Notes: generated by a model from the letters alone, not told the origin. DNA of 63,769 bases, filler included, from Reclinomonas americana ATCC 50394 (GCA_048213135.1; 5 parts of 4 records of this genome joined end to end with filler, not necessarily neighbours in it), one strand, 5' to 3'; positions 51,101 through 61,522 are shown, counted from the first letter of the whole stretch. Numbers and translations are program-made.

Positions 51101-53067
51101 ACGCAGCATGCAGTCCAACCTGCAAATGCCACCCAATGCTCGCGACGCCATTCGTATGAATGACCTGCTGGAGGACGAAGGCGAGGGTCGGTCAGGCAAG
51201 CCTCGCGGCAGCGCACGAGAAGGTTTCACGCACTTTGCTTGACATTATATGATAATGACCGCATGCTCATGTTTATTTTCTCGCGAATCAGTGGCCACCA
51301 TGGATCAACCGCTGAAGGCTGCTGCGATGCGAATCCACCGGCGTGGCGAGGGTGGTGGCAGTCCGAGTGCCGGCGGCGGTAAGAGCGGTCGCAAGCGGCC
51401 CAGCAGCGCCACTTTTCGCTCGTTGCGCTCCCCTTCTTCTTCCTCCTCCCTCCCTCCCTCCCTCGCGCGTGCCGCCTCTCAATCCTGCGTTCATGCAATG
51501 CAGACCCACGGCCACGGCACACGCGGTGACGGCCACGACTGCCACCGCATCGGCCGCTCCTCCGTCTGGCAAGTCCGGCACTGGGCGGCAGCGGCCAAGC
51601 TCGGCGCCTGTGCGGCGGTCAGCCAGCACGAATGGACCTGCCAGCCCCCAAGAGAAAAAGGCCAACGAGCTGGCTGCCGCCACCGACAAGCGCACTGGAC
51701 GTGTGCAGTCGAAGGACTGGGAGGCGTACGAGCAGGACATGGCCAAGTGGTTCTTCTCGGAGATTGTCAACAACATTGTGTCGAAGCGACTGTTCGCCAC
51801 CGACGACCTCTCGCAACTGTTCGCCAACTGCGACTACCAGGCGGTGAAGATTGCAACAAAGAGCGGACTCGACCCGCAAGTGCTGCTGGATGTCGTCAAG
51901 CAGCTACGTGCGGAATTCAACGTTCCGGAGCCACTGGAGGAGGCCATGTTGCAAGTCGGCAACACGGACAGCGGTAGGAGGCAACCGGCCGGTGGCGCTG
52001 CGTCGGTGAGTCCAATGAGCAAGTTCTATGTGGGGATGATTTTCATGTTTCCTTACTGATCGACGCAGAAATCCAAGACCGATGCCTCGAAGAAGCTGCG
52101 CGACAGTTCCGAGTCGCTCTCTCCCGCCCAGAAGGGCAAGAGGGGGCAGTCCGACGCGCGCAAGAATCCGTACGTGGACGAAGACGAGGATGAAGAAGAG
52201 GAGGACGAGGACGCTGCCATGGATCGTGTCTTTGGCCGACTCGACGCTGTGCGTGAGAAGCGCGAGGGTACCAAGCCTCCTGCTGCTTTCTCGGGCGTTG
52301 TCAAGAAGCAGGCAGCGACGGGAGCGGCAGTGGATGAGGAGGACGAGGCGATGGATCGCGTCTTCGGCCGGCTTGACGCCGTGCGCGCCAAGAGGCAGGG
52401 CACTGAGCCTCCTGCGTCGTTCACGACGAATGTCAGGAAGCAGCCGATGACCTCATCAGCTCTGGAGCCGGAGGATGAAGATGAGGATGCCGCGATGGAT
52501 CGCGTGTTTGGTCGACTCGACGCAGTGCGCTCACAGAGAGAGGGCACCAAGGCTCCCTCTGCCCCCGCTCCCGCTCGTGCTCCGGCTGCCGCCTCGGGCA
52601 GCCGGAAGAAGCCTGCTCTCCAGCCCGAGGATGAAGATGAGGATGCCGCGATGGATCGCGTGTTTGGTCGACTCGACGCGGTGCGCTCGCAGAGGGAGGG
52701 CACCAAGGCTCCCTCTGCTCCCGCTCCCGCTCGTGCTCCGGCTGCCGCCTCGGGCAGTCGGAAGAAGCCGGCTCTCCAGCCCGAGGATGAAGATGAGGAT
52801 GCCGCAATGGATCGCGTGTTTGGTCGACTCGACGCGGTGCGGTCGCAGAGGGAGGGCACCAAGGCTCCTTCCGCTCCCGCTCCCGCGCGTGCTCCGGCTG
52901 CTGCCTCTGGCAGCCGGAAGAAGCCTACGCCCGAGCCGGAGGATGAGGACGAGGATGCAGCGATGGACCGTGTGTTCGGCAGACTCGATGCTGTGCGCTC
53001 GAAGAGGGAAGGCACCAAGGCTCCCTCTGCTCCTGCTCCCGCTCGTGCTCCGGCTGCTGCCTCCGGT
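48131..53067 (+). CDS. SPATA7: SPATA7-like ciliary protein with a C-terminal tandem repeat; 3' truncated
   Basis: Spliced MLIREHMRYHVARVSTAKSSVDAHTP resembles the SPATA7 N-terminal motif. FFSEIVNNIVSKRLFATDDLSQLF...LLDVVKQLRAEF resembles the second conserved SPATA7 block. Confidence 0.65.
50677..50765. repeat. 24-bp minisatellite (~4 copies), intronic
   Basis: (T/C)ACCCTCGCCCCTTTCCCTCCCTT in tandem. Confidence 0.8.
52200..53067 (+). repeat. Coding tandem repeat, 156 bp / 52 aa, at least 6 units
   Basis: MDRVFGRLDAVR ATGs at 52219, 52351, 52495, 52651, 52807 and 52963. Confidence 0.92.
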
Positions 53068-53111
53068 NNNNNNNNNNNNNNNNNNNNNNNNNNNNNNNNN
53101 NNNNNNNNNNN

Positions 53112-53123
53112 TTAATTAATTAA
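53112..53123. other. Artificial assembly linker
   Basis: TTAATTAATTAA within an N run. Confidence 0.95.
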
Positions 53124-53167
53124 NNNNNNNNNNNNNNNNNNNNNNNNNNNNNNNNNNNNNNNNNNNN

Positions 53168-53236
<69 letters not shown>

Positions 53237-53622
53237 TGAGGGAGTGAGGCAGGGAGGGAGTGAGGGAGAGAGAGAGTGAGAACAAAGAGAGAGAGTGACA
53301 GGCCGCGATTAGGCGATGACTTAGGCGACGACTAAGGCGACATTGATTGCTCTGTGTGGGTGTGGGTGTGTGTGTGTGTGCAAGTGTCTGTTTGTGTGTG
53401 TGAGAGAGAGAGAGTGAGGGAGGGAGGGAGTGAGGGAGGGAGAGCGAAGTAAAGAGAGAGTGGTGTGATTAGATGACGACTTAAGACGACGACTAAGGCG
53501 ACACTGAATGTGTGAGTGTGTGCGCGGACTGCTGACAACAGAGAGACAGTGGTGTCTCTTTTCTCTCCCCTTTCCCCCAGACTCCCTCTCTCTCCCTCTC
53601 CCTTTCCCCCCGCCTCCGCAAC

Positions 53623-53847
53623 TCCACTATTCTTCACCAACGGCTGCACCGCCGACAACGTATACACGGCATAGGCGCGCGCCAAATCGCCGAGAGAGCG
53701 CCACGCAAACGCCCGCTCAGTGTTCGCAAAGTCAAGAACCGATGAAGTTGGAGAAGGCGAAGAGGTGGTGGAGAGTGCGCGGAGTGTCAAGGAGAGCGGT
53801 GGAGGCAGTGGTGGTGAGCGGAGAAGCCCACGTGAGAGGCGTAACAT
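53623..53847 (-). CDS. PRODH: Mitochondrial proline dehydrogenase, first exon (rest lost at join)
   Basis: Arg/Ser/Leu-rich transit peptide MLRLSRGLLRS..., then LDFANTERAFAWRSLGDLARAYAVYTLSAVQPLVKN, matching the PRODH N-terminal pattern. Confidence 0.7.
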
Positions 53848-54029
53848 GGGCGGAGACAAACGGAGAAATAGCGATCAGTGGGACGATAATTGCAAGTCGT
53901 GTTGTCTTTCTTTCCATGTACGTAAGAGGAGAGTGGTGAGCGGAGAAGCCTGCATGAGAGTGATTATGGGCGATATTTGACAGTGTGAGACGACGTCGAC
54001 TGATCATGATCGCTGCGCGTTCTCAAAAA

Positions 54030-54160
54030 AAAAAACACTTCATTCACCACATTCCAGTAATGCGATAAACGCCCACAAATCCCTTGCCGACAATGACCTT
54101 GGCACACCAACAATATACAAAACACATAATTACTTCTCCAACATCGTCGACGTCTTCCCT
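54030..54160 (+). repeat. Dispersed repeat family A, upstream of WD40 array 2
   Basis: Matches the reverse complement of 9810-9890 and of 46497-46570. Confidence 0.8.
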
Positions 54161-54479
54161 TAAGCTTTCAAGCTCTTCGAATTCGTTTGTTGCCTCCCGT
54201 TGTCAGCTTTACTCTAACAGAGAGTAAGATCGAGGCATTGATGAGCGAGATACACGCGCATTCGTGCTGTGTTAGAGGCGCGCGCAGTTGCAACGTGCGA
54301 CGTCTTCTTTGTCGACGTCGACTGTCGACAGTTCATCTTCATTCGTTGCGCTTTGTTGACGTCATCTGCTATGCAAGTGCCTGCCTCTTTCTTCCGCGCA
54401 GCTGTCTCGCGCTGAGAGCATGAAGTTGAAGTTACCTATGACACTCTCCGTCCCTTCGAATTCCTCTCCTGAGTCGCGC

Positions 54480-55583
54480 ATGTCGTCTGCAACTCCTCCC
54501 TCCCTCCCTCACACGTGCTTGCGTGGACACGAGGCAGAAGTGGTGTCGGTCGCCGTCACTCCCAATGGCCAGTTTATTGTGAGCGGGAGTCTTGACAAGA
54601 CAGTGCGTGTGTGGTCCCTGGCGAGTGGGGAGGAAGTGCGTCGGTTTGAGGGACACACTCAAGCTTTGTGGTCTGTCGCCGTCACTCCTGATGGACAGCA
54701 CGTGGTGAGCGGGAGCGCTGACACCACTGTGCGAGTGTGGTCGCTGGCGGGCGGGGAAGAAGTGCGGCGGCTGGAGGGACACACCAAGGGAGTGACGTCT
54801 GTCGCTCTCACTCCTGATGGTCAGTTTGTTGTGAGTGGGAGTGGAGACTGGACGGTGCGAGTGTGGTCACTGGCGAGTGGCGAGGAGGTGTGTCGGTTGA
54901 AGGGACACACTCGTGTGGTGCGCTCTGTCGCTGTCACTCCCGACGGTCGGCACGTGGTGAGTGGGAGTCTGGATCACACGGTGCGAGTGTGGTCACTGGC
55001 AAGTGGAGAGACGGTGTTGCGGCTGGAGGGACACATGACGTGGGTGACCTCGGTTGCCGTGTCACTCGATGGTCAGCATATTGTGAGTGGCAGCTTCGAC
55101 TGGACTGTACGAATGTGGTCCATCGCAAGTGGCGAAGAAGTGCGACGATTCGAGGGCTACACTGGTCCGGCATATGCTGTTGCCGTGTCTCCCGACAATC
55201 GGCACATGGTGAGCGGAGATCGAAACAGGTACATTCGTGTGTGGTCGCTAGCTGCTGGCCAGGAAGTGCGGCGGCTAAAGGGGCATGCCGCTGATGTGTC
55301 TTCTGTTGCCTTCACTCCCGATGGTGAGCTCATTGTGAGTGGTAGTGACGACAAGACTATCCGCGTGTGGTCGACACCGCGTGGTCTTGCGCGGCAGGAG
55401 CTCCAGTGTGCGCGACTGGCGATGCAGGCTGTACAGGCGATGCAGCGTGAGAGCTATGATGATGACGACGACGACAAAGAGGATCCACGTTGTTTGGTGG
55501 AGATTGTGATGCGATGCTTCTTGGTGGAGGAGGCGGAGGTTCTTGTTTATCGGTGTTTCGCCGATGACAGTCTCCTGCTTTGA
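54480..55583 (+). CDS. Intronless WD40 protein, same family (array 2)
   Basis: Starts MSSATPPSLPH, 7 WD repeats, ends DPRCLVEIVMRCFLVEEAEVLVYRCFADDSLLL. Confidence 0.93.
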   Translation: MSSATPPSLPHTCLRGHEAEVVSVAVTPNGQFIVSGSLDKTVRVWSLASGEEVRRFEGHTQALWSVAVTPDGQHVVSGSADTTVRVWSLAGGEEVRRLEGHTKGVTSVALTPDGQFVVSGSGDWTVRVWSLASGEEVCRLKGHTRVVRSVAVTPDGRHVVSGSLDHTVRVWSLASGETVLRLEGHMTWVTSVAVSLDGQHIVSGSFDWTVRMWSIASGEEVRRFEGYTGPAYAVAVSPDNRHMVSGDRNRYIRVWSLAAGQEVRRLKGHAADVSSVAFTPDGELIVSGSDDKTIRVWSTPRGLARQELQCARLAMQAVQAMQRESYDDDDDDKEDPRCLVEIVMRCFLVEEAEVLVYRCFADDSLLL

Positions 55584-56224
55584 TGAAGATGGAGAGACGC
55601 GCCCGGGGACTCTCTCTCTCTCTCTCCCTCTCNNNNNNNNNNNNNNNNNNNNNNNNNNNNNNNNNNNNNNNNNNNNNNNNNNNNNNNNNNNNNNNNNNNN
55701 NNNNNNNNNNNNNNNNNNNNNNNNNNNNNNNNNNNNNNNNNNNNNNNNNNNNNNNNNNNNNNNNNNNNNNNNNNNNNNNNNNNNNNNNNNNNNNNNNNNN
55801 NNNNNNNNNNNNNNNNNNNNNNNNNNNNNNNNNNNNNNNNNNNNNNNNNNNNNNNNNNNNNNNNNNNNNNNNNNNNNNNNNNNNNNNNNNNNNNNNNNNN
55901 NNNNNNNNNNNNNNNNNNNNNNNNNNNNNNNNNNNNNNNNNNNNNNNNNNNNNNNNNNNNNNNNNNNNNNNNNNNNNNNNNNNNNNNNNNNNNNNNNNNN
56001 NNNNNNNNNNNNNNNNNNNNNNNNNNNNNNNNNNNNNNNNNNNNNNNNNNNNNNNNNNNNNNNNNNNNNNNNNNNNNNNNNNNNNNNNNNNNNNNNNNNN
56101 NNNNNNNNNNNNNNNNNNNNNNNNNNNNNNNNNNNNNNNNNNNNNNNNNNNNNNNNNNNNNNNNNNNNNNNNNNNNNNNNNNNNNNNNNNNNNNNNNNNN
56201 NNNNNNNNNNNNNNNNNNNNNNNN

Positions 56225-56695
56225 GGGAGTGATCGCGACAGAGAATACCGAATCTGAATGTCCCTTCAGCTGTCGCTCTTCCTCGCCACTCGACAATGAG
56301 CACACTCGTATCGTGAGGTCCGGATTGCCACTCCCGCTCACAACGCGCTGCCCATCGGGAGTGACGACGACGCACCACACTACACTTTCGAAGTGTCCCT
56401 CCAGCCGCAGCACTTCCTTGCCACTCGCCAGTGACCACACACGCACCGTGGAGTCACCACTCCCACTGACCACATGCCTCCCGTCGGGAGTGACAGTGAC
56501 AGACCACACTGGATAAGTGTGCCCCTCAAACCGACGCACTTCTTCTCCACTCGCCAGCGACCACACTCGCACCGTCTGGTCCACGCTGCCGCTCACAACA
56601 TACTGACCATCGGGCGTGACAGCAACAGAAGTCACATCACTCTCGTGTCCACGCAAGCACTTGTGCGGGAGGGAGGGAGGAGTTGCGGATGACAT
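56225..56695 (-). CDS. WD40 family gene, 5' half on an inverted contig (probably joins 57350-58002)
   Basis: Starts MSSATPPSLPHKCLRGH, about 3.5 repeats, ends VAITP at the gap. Confidence 0.85.
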
Positions 56696-57349
56696 TTCGT
56701 GCGTGAGAGAAGGGCGATGAGAATTGAGGGGACGCCGACGTTGGACTTCATCATACCGCTGAGCAGCGACTGCATTCGCGCTCCTTTTTAATGGTCGAAG
56801 GAAAGATAGAAACAGACGATAAGCTGACAGAAGGGCAATTAAAGTGCAAAGCGGGGCCGCAGAAGAAAGCGGCGGAAACAACGGAGTGGGAGGGAGGGAG
56901 AGTGAGAGTGAGAGGGAGGAGGGAGAGGGGAGAGGGAGAGGGAGAGGGAGATAGAGAGGGAGATAGAGAGGGAGAGGGAGGAGGGAGAGGGAGAGAGAGA
57001 GAGAGACGGTCCCGGGCGCGTCTCTCCATCTTCATACAAAGCAGGAGACTGTCANNNNNNNNNNNNNNNNNNNNNNNNNNNNNNNNNNNNNNNNNNNNNN
57101 NNNNNNNNNNNNNNNNNNNNNNNNNNNNNNNNNNNNNNNNNNNNNNNNNNNNNNNNNNNNNNNNNNNNNNNNNNNNNNNNNNNNNNNNNNNNNNNNNNNN
57201 NNNNNNNNNNNNNNNNNNNNNNNNNNNNNNNNNNNNNNNNNNNNNNNNNNNNNNNNNNNNNNNNNNNNNNNNNNNNNNNNNNNNNNNNNNNNNNNNNNNN
57301 NNNNNNNNNNNNNNNNNNNNNNNNNNNNNNNNNNNNNNNNNNNNNNNNN

Positions 57350-58002
57350 GACGGTCAGCACGTTGTTTCCGGGAGTTTTGACGAGACAGTGCGAGTGTGG
57401 TCACTGGCAAGCGGCGAGGAAGTACGGCGGTTTGAGTGCCCAGGAGTGTCAATCGCCGTCAGTCCAGATGGTCGGCTGCTCCTCTGTGGGAGTGACGACG
57501 GCACTGTGCAAGTGCGGTCGCTGGCGAGCGGCGAGGAGTTGCGACGGTTTGTGGCACACGCAATGAGGGTGTCGTCTGTTGTTGTTACTCCCGGTGGCCT
57601 GCATGTGGTCACCGGGAGTGAGGACATGACAGTGCGGGTGTGGTCACTGGCCACAGGGGAGGAAGTGCGACGGCTGGAGGGGCACACCGAGAGTGTGTAT
57701 TCGATTACCCTCACTCCAGATGGCGAGCACCTTATAAGTGGCAGTGACGACCAGACAGTGCGAGTGTGGTCAATGCCGCGTGCGCTTGCTCGGCAGGAAC
57801 TTCAGTGTGCGCGTCTGGCCATGCAGGCTGTACAGGTGATNNNNNNNNNNNNNNNNNNNNGCAGCGAGAGAGCGACGACGACGATGATGAGGAGGAGGAG
57901 GATCCACGTTGTTTGGTGGAGATTGTGTTGCGGTGCTTCTTGGTGGAGGATGCAGAGGTTGTTGTTTATCGGTGTTTCGCCGAGGACAGTCTGCTGCTGT
58001 AA
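57350..58002 (+). CDS. WD40 family gene, 3' half
   Basis: Begins DGQHVVSGSFDETVRVW, ends RCFAEDSLLL*. Confidence 0.85.
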
Positions 58003-58290
58003 CCTGCTTTGGAATGGATACGGGGAGGGGGAGTGGCGCTCTCTCCCTATCTCCCACCCTCCGTCCCTTCCACTCTCGTGCCTTTTTTGTCTTGTCTGCC
58101 TCATCATTTCGGATTCATTTTCATCGGCACTCTGCATTTCTTTCGTTTGCGATTTTGCCGACTTCTCACCTGTTTCTCGCTTTCCTTCGCCCAGTAAAAG
58201 AAGTGTGCATTGTTGACAAGGTGCACTCTGACGACGTTAAACGTGTCCTTTCCTTTTCAGGACGCGCTCTCCCACACGCACACATCCGTC

Positions 58291-59388
58291 ATGTCATCTG
58301 CACCTCCTCCCTCCCTCCCTCACAAGTGTTTGCATGGACACGATGCTGGAGTGATGTCCATCGCTGTCACCCCAGACGGGCAGCACTTTGTCACCGGATG
58401 TTCCGACAAGACAGTGCGAGTGTGGTCGCTGACTACAGGCGAGGAAGTGCGACGTTTGGAGGGACACACTGGTTGGGTGCAGTCTGTGGCCGTCACTCCC
58501 GATGGTCAGCATGTGGTGAGCGCGGGTGACGACACTACAGTGCGAGTGTGGTCCCTGTCGACAGGAGAAGAAGTGCGACTGCTCAGGGGTCACCTTGAGT
58601 CGGTTTGGTCGCTCGCCATCACTCCCGATGGGACGCGTGTTGTGAGTGGAGGCGTGGGCATGGATGTGCGAGTGTGGTCTCTGGCGAGTGGAGACCTGGT
58701 GCACCTGTTGGAGGGACACACGAACTGGGTGCGCTCTATCGCTGTCACTCCCGACGGTCAGCACGCTGTGAGTGGGAGTGACGACGAGACAGTGAGAGTG
58801 TGGTCCCTGGCGAGTGGCAAGGAAGTGCAACGACTTGTGGGTCACGAGGACTGGGCAATGGCGGTGGCTGTCACGCCCAATGGCCTACATGTGGTGAGTG
58901 GGAGTTCGGATTACACAGTGCGAGTGTGGTCGCTGTCGAGCGGGGAGGAGGTGCGACAGATGGAGAGCAGCACTTTCTGGTCGTCTGTTGCCGTCTCGCC
59001 CGATGGTCAGTACGTGGTCAGTGGTGGTGGCGACAAGACAGTGCGGGTGTGGTCGCTAGCTACTGGCCAGGAAGTGCGGCGATTGGAAGGGCACACCGAG
59101 TCTGTGAATTCAGTTGCGTTCACTCCCGATGGTGAGCGCATTCTGAGCGGCAGTGGCGACAAGACAGTGCGCTTGTGGTCGACGCCGCGTGGTCTTGCAC
59201 GGCAGGAGCTCCAGTGTGCGCGCCTGGCCATGGAGGCTGTACAGGCGATGCAGCGAGAGAAGGATGACGACGACGACGAGGAGGAAGATCCGCGCTGCTT
59301 GGCGGAGATTGTGATGCGGTGCTTCTTGGTGGAGGAGGCGGAAGTTGTTGTTTATCGGTGTTTCGCCGACAACAGTCTCCTGCTGTAA
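58291..59388 (+). CDS. Intronless WD40 protein, same family (array 2)
   Basis: Complete ORF with 7 repeats plus the C-terminal module. Confidence 0.93.
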   Translation: MSSAPPPSLPHKCLHGHDAGVMSIAVTPDGQHFVTGCSDKTVRVWSLTTGEEVRRLEGHTGWVQSVAVTPDGQHVVSAGDDTTVRVWSLSTGEEVRLLRGHLESVWSLAITPDGTRVVSGGVGMDVRVWSLASGDLVHLLEGHTNWVRSIAVTPDGQHAVSGSDDETVRVWSLASGKEVQRLVGHEDWAMAVAVTPNGLHVVSGSSDYTVRVWSLSSGEEVRQMESSTFWSSVAVSPDGQYVVSGGGDKTVRVWSLATGQEVRRLEGHTESVNSVAFTPDGERILSGSGDKTVRLWSTPRGLARQELQCARLAMEAVQAMQREKDDDDDEEEDPRCLAEIVMRCFLVEEAEVVVYRCFADNSLLL

Positions 59389-59664
59389 CCTGCCTGAGGG
59401 GGAGTGGTGCTTTCTCCCTCTCGCACTCTCTCTGGATCCACTCCGCTGTGTATGCCTCTTTCTTCGTCATCGCCACCTTGTATTTTCTGATGTCGACGTC
59501 GTCAGCTTCTCATGCGTTTGTCTCCTTCTTCCTGCATTAAAGAGTGTGACTGCAGTTGCTGCGGTGTGTCGATGAGGAGCTATAGGTGTGGCGAAGTTGA
59601 ATGGCGGCGCCCCTTCACGGCAAGGACACACATACGCACACACGCCCGCACGCACACATCCGTC

Positions 59665-60771
59665 ATGTCGTCAGCAACTCCTCCCTCCCTCCCTCACAAG
59701 TCCTTACATGGACACGAGGCACAAGTGGCGTCTGTCGCCGTCTCTCCCAATGGCCAGTTTATTGTGAGCGGAAGCCTTGACACGACAGTGCGTGTGTGGT
59801 CACTGGCAACAGGCGAGGAAGTGCGTCGGTTTGAGGGACACACTCATGGTGTGTGGTCTGTCGCCGTCACTCCCGATGGACAGCATGTGGTGAGCGCGAG
59901 TGAAGACTGCACAGTGCGAGTGTGGTCACTGGCGAGTGGCGAGCAGGTGCGGCGGCTGGAGGGACACACTGACAGAGTGACGTCTGTCGCCGTTACGCCT
60001 GACAGTCAGTTTGCTGTGAGCGGGAGTGGAGACGAAACGGTGCGTGTATGGTCACTGGTGAGTGGCGAGGAGGTGCAACGGCTGTACGGACACACTCGCT
60101 TGGTGCGGTCAGTTGCTATCACTCCTGATGGCCGGCACGTTGTGAGTGGGAGTTATGACGAGACAGTGAGAATGTGGTCGCTGGCCAGTGGAGAGGAGGT
60201 GTTGCGGTTGCAGGGGCACATTACATATGTGTGCTCGGTTGCCGTGTCACCCGATGGTCAGCATATTGTGAGTGGCAGTCATGACTGGACAGTGCGCGTG
60301 TGGTCCATCGCAAGTGGCAAGGAAGTGCGACGGTTTCAGGGCTACACTGGTCCAGCATATGCTGTCACCGTCTCCCCGAATAGTCAGCACGTGTTGAGTG
60401 GGTATCGTGACGACAAGATTCGTGTATGGTCAATGGCGAGTGGAGAAGAACTGTGGCGACTGGAGGGACACGCTGGTGATGTGGCATCTGTTGCCGTCAC
60501 TCCCGATGGTCAGCACATTATTAGCGGGAGTGAGGACAGGACTGTGCGTGTGTGGTCGATGCCGCGTGCGCTTGCTCGGCAGGAACTCCAATGTGCGCGA
60601 CTGGCGATGCAGGCTGTACAGGCGATGCAGCGAGGGAGCGACGACGACGACGAGGAGGAGGAGGAGGAGGATCCGCGCTGCTTGGTGGAGATTGTGTTGC
60701 GATGCTTCTTGGTGGAGGAGGCGGAGGTTATTGTTTATCGGCGTTTTACCGATGCCAGTCTCCTGCTTTGA
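59665..60771 (+). CDS. Intronless WD40 protein, same family (array 2)
   Basis: Complete ORF; most similar to the gene at 54480-55583. Confidence 0.93.
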   Translation: MSSATPPSLPHKSLHGHEAQVASVAVSPNGQFIVSGSLDTTVRVWSLATGEEVRRFEGHTHGVWSVAVTPDGQHVVSASEDCTVRVWSLASGEQVRRLEGHTDRVTSVAVTPDSQFAVSGSGDETVRVWSLVSGEEVQRLYGHTRLVRSVAITPDGRHVVSGSYDETVRMWSLASGEEVLRLQGHITYVCSVAVSPDGQHIVSGSHDWTVRVWSIASGKEVRRFQGYTGPAYAVTVSPNSQHVLSGYRDDKIRVWSMASGEELWRLEGHAGDVASVAVTPDGQHIISGSEDRTVRVWSMPRALARQELQCARLAMQAVQAMQRGSDDDDEEEEEEDPRCLVEIVLRCFLVEEAEVIVYRRFTDASLLL

Positions 60772-61057
60772 TGAAGATGGAGAGACGCGCCCGGGGACTC
60801 CCTCTCTCTCTCCCTCTCTCCCTCTCCCTCTCCCTCTCCCTCTCCATCTGTTGTGGCTCCTCTTTTTTCTGCGGCGCCACTTTGTTCTTTGATTACCTTC
60901 TGTCAGCTTCTCGTCTGTTTTCATCATCTCTTCCCCCATGCATTAAAGCGAATGCGACAACAGCCAACGTTGCGACGTCGGTTGGTAATGAAATCCATGT
61001 CCCCTGCCAAAGGACACAGTCTCACACACGACACGCACGCACACACGCTCACTTCTC

Positions 61058-61478
61058 ATGTCGTCTGCAGCTCCTCCCTCCCTCCCTCACAAATGTTTGC
61101 GTGGACACCAGGCACAAGTGACTTCTGTCGCCGTCACTCCCGATGGCCAGTTTGTTGTGAGTGGCTGTGTGGACGAGATGGTGCGAGTGGTGTCACTGAT
61201 GACTGGAGAAGAAGTGCGACGTATGGAGGGACACACTGGCTGGGTGCGATCTGTCGCCATCACTCCCAATGGTGAATTCGTCGTGAGCGGGGGAGACGAC
61301 GGCACAGTGCGAGTTTGGTCGCTGGTGAGTGGCGAGGAGGTTCGACGACTCTCAGGGCATGCTGAGGCAGTCTTCTCACTCGCCATTACTCCCGATGGGA
61401 GGCATGTTGTGAGTGGAGGCATGGACAGTGATGTGCGAGTGTGGTCACTGGCGAGTGACAAGGATGTGCGGCGTATGG
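61058..61478 (+). CDS. WD40 family gene, 5' part (truncated by join)
   Basis: Starts MSSAAPPSLPHKCLRGH, followed by 3 repeats. Confidence 0.88.
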
Positions 61479-61522
61479 NNNNNNNNNNNNNNNNNNNNNN
61501 NNNNNNNNNNNNNNNNNNNNNN

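Noticed and set aside
52053-53018. Long antisense ORFs here and over the WD40 genes
   Set aside because: These are shadows of GC-rich repetitive coding sequence with no independent motifs.
53305-53505. TTAGGC-containing 12-bp repeats as telomeric sequence
   Set aside because: Only a few degenerate copies inside a PRODH intron; not a telomere tract.
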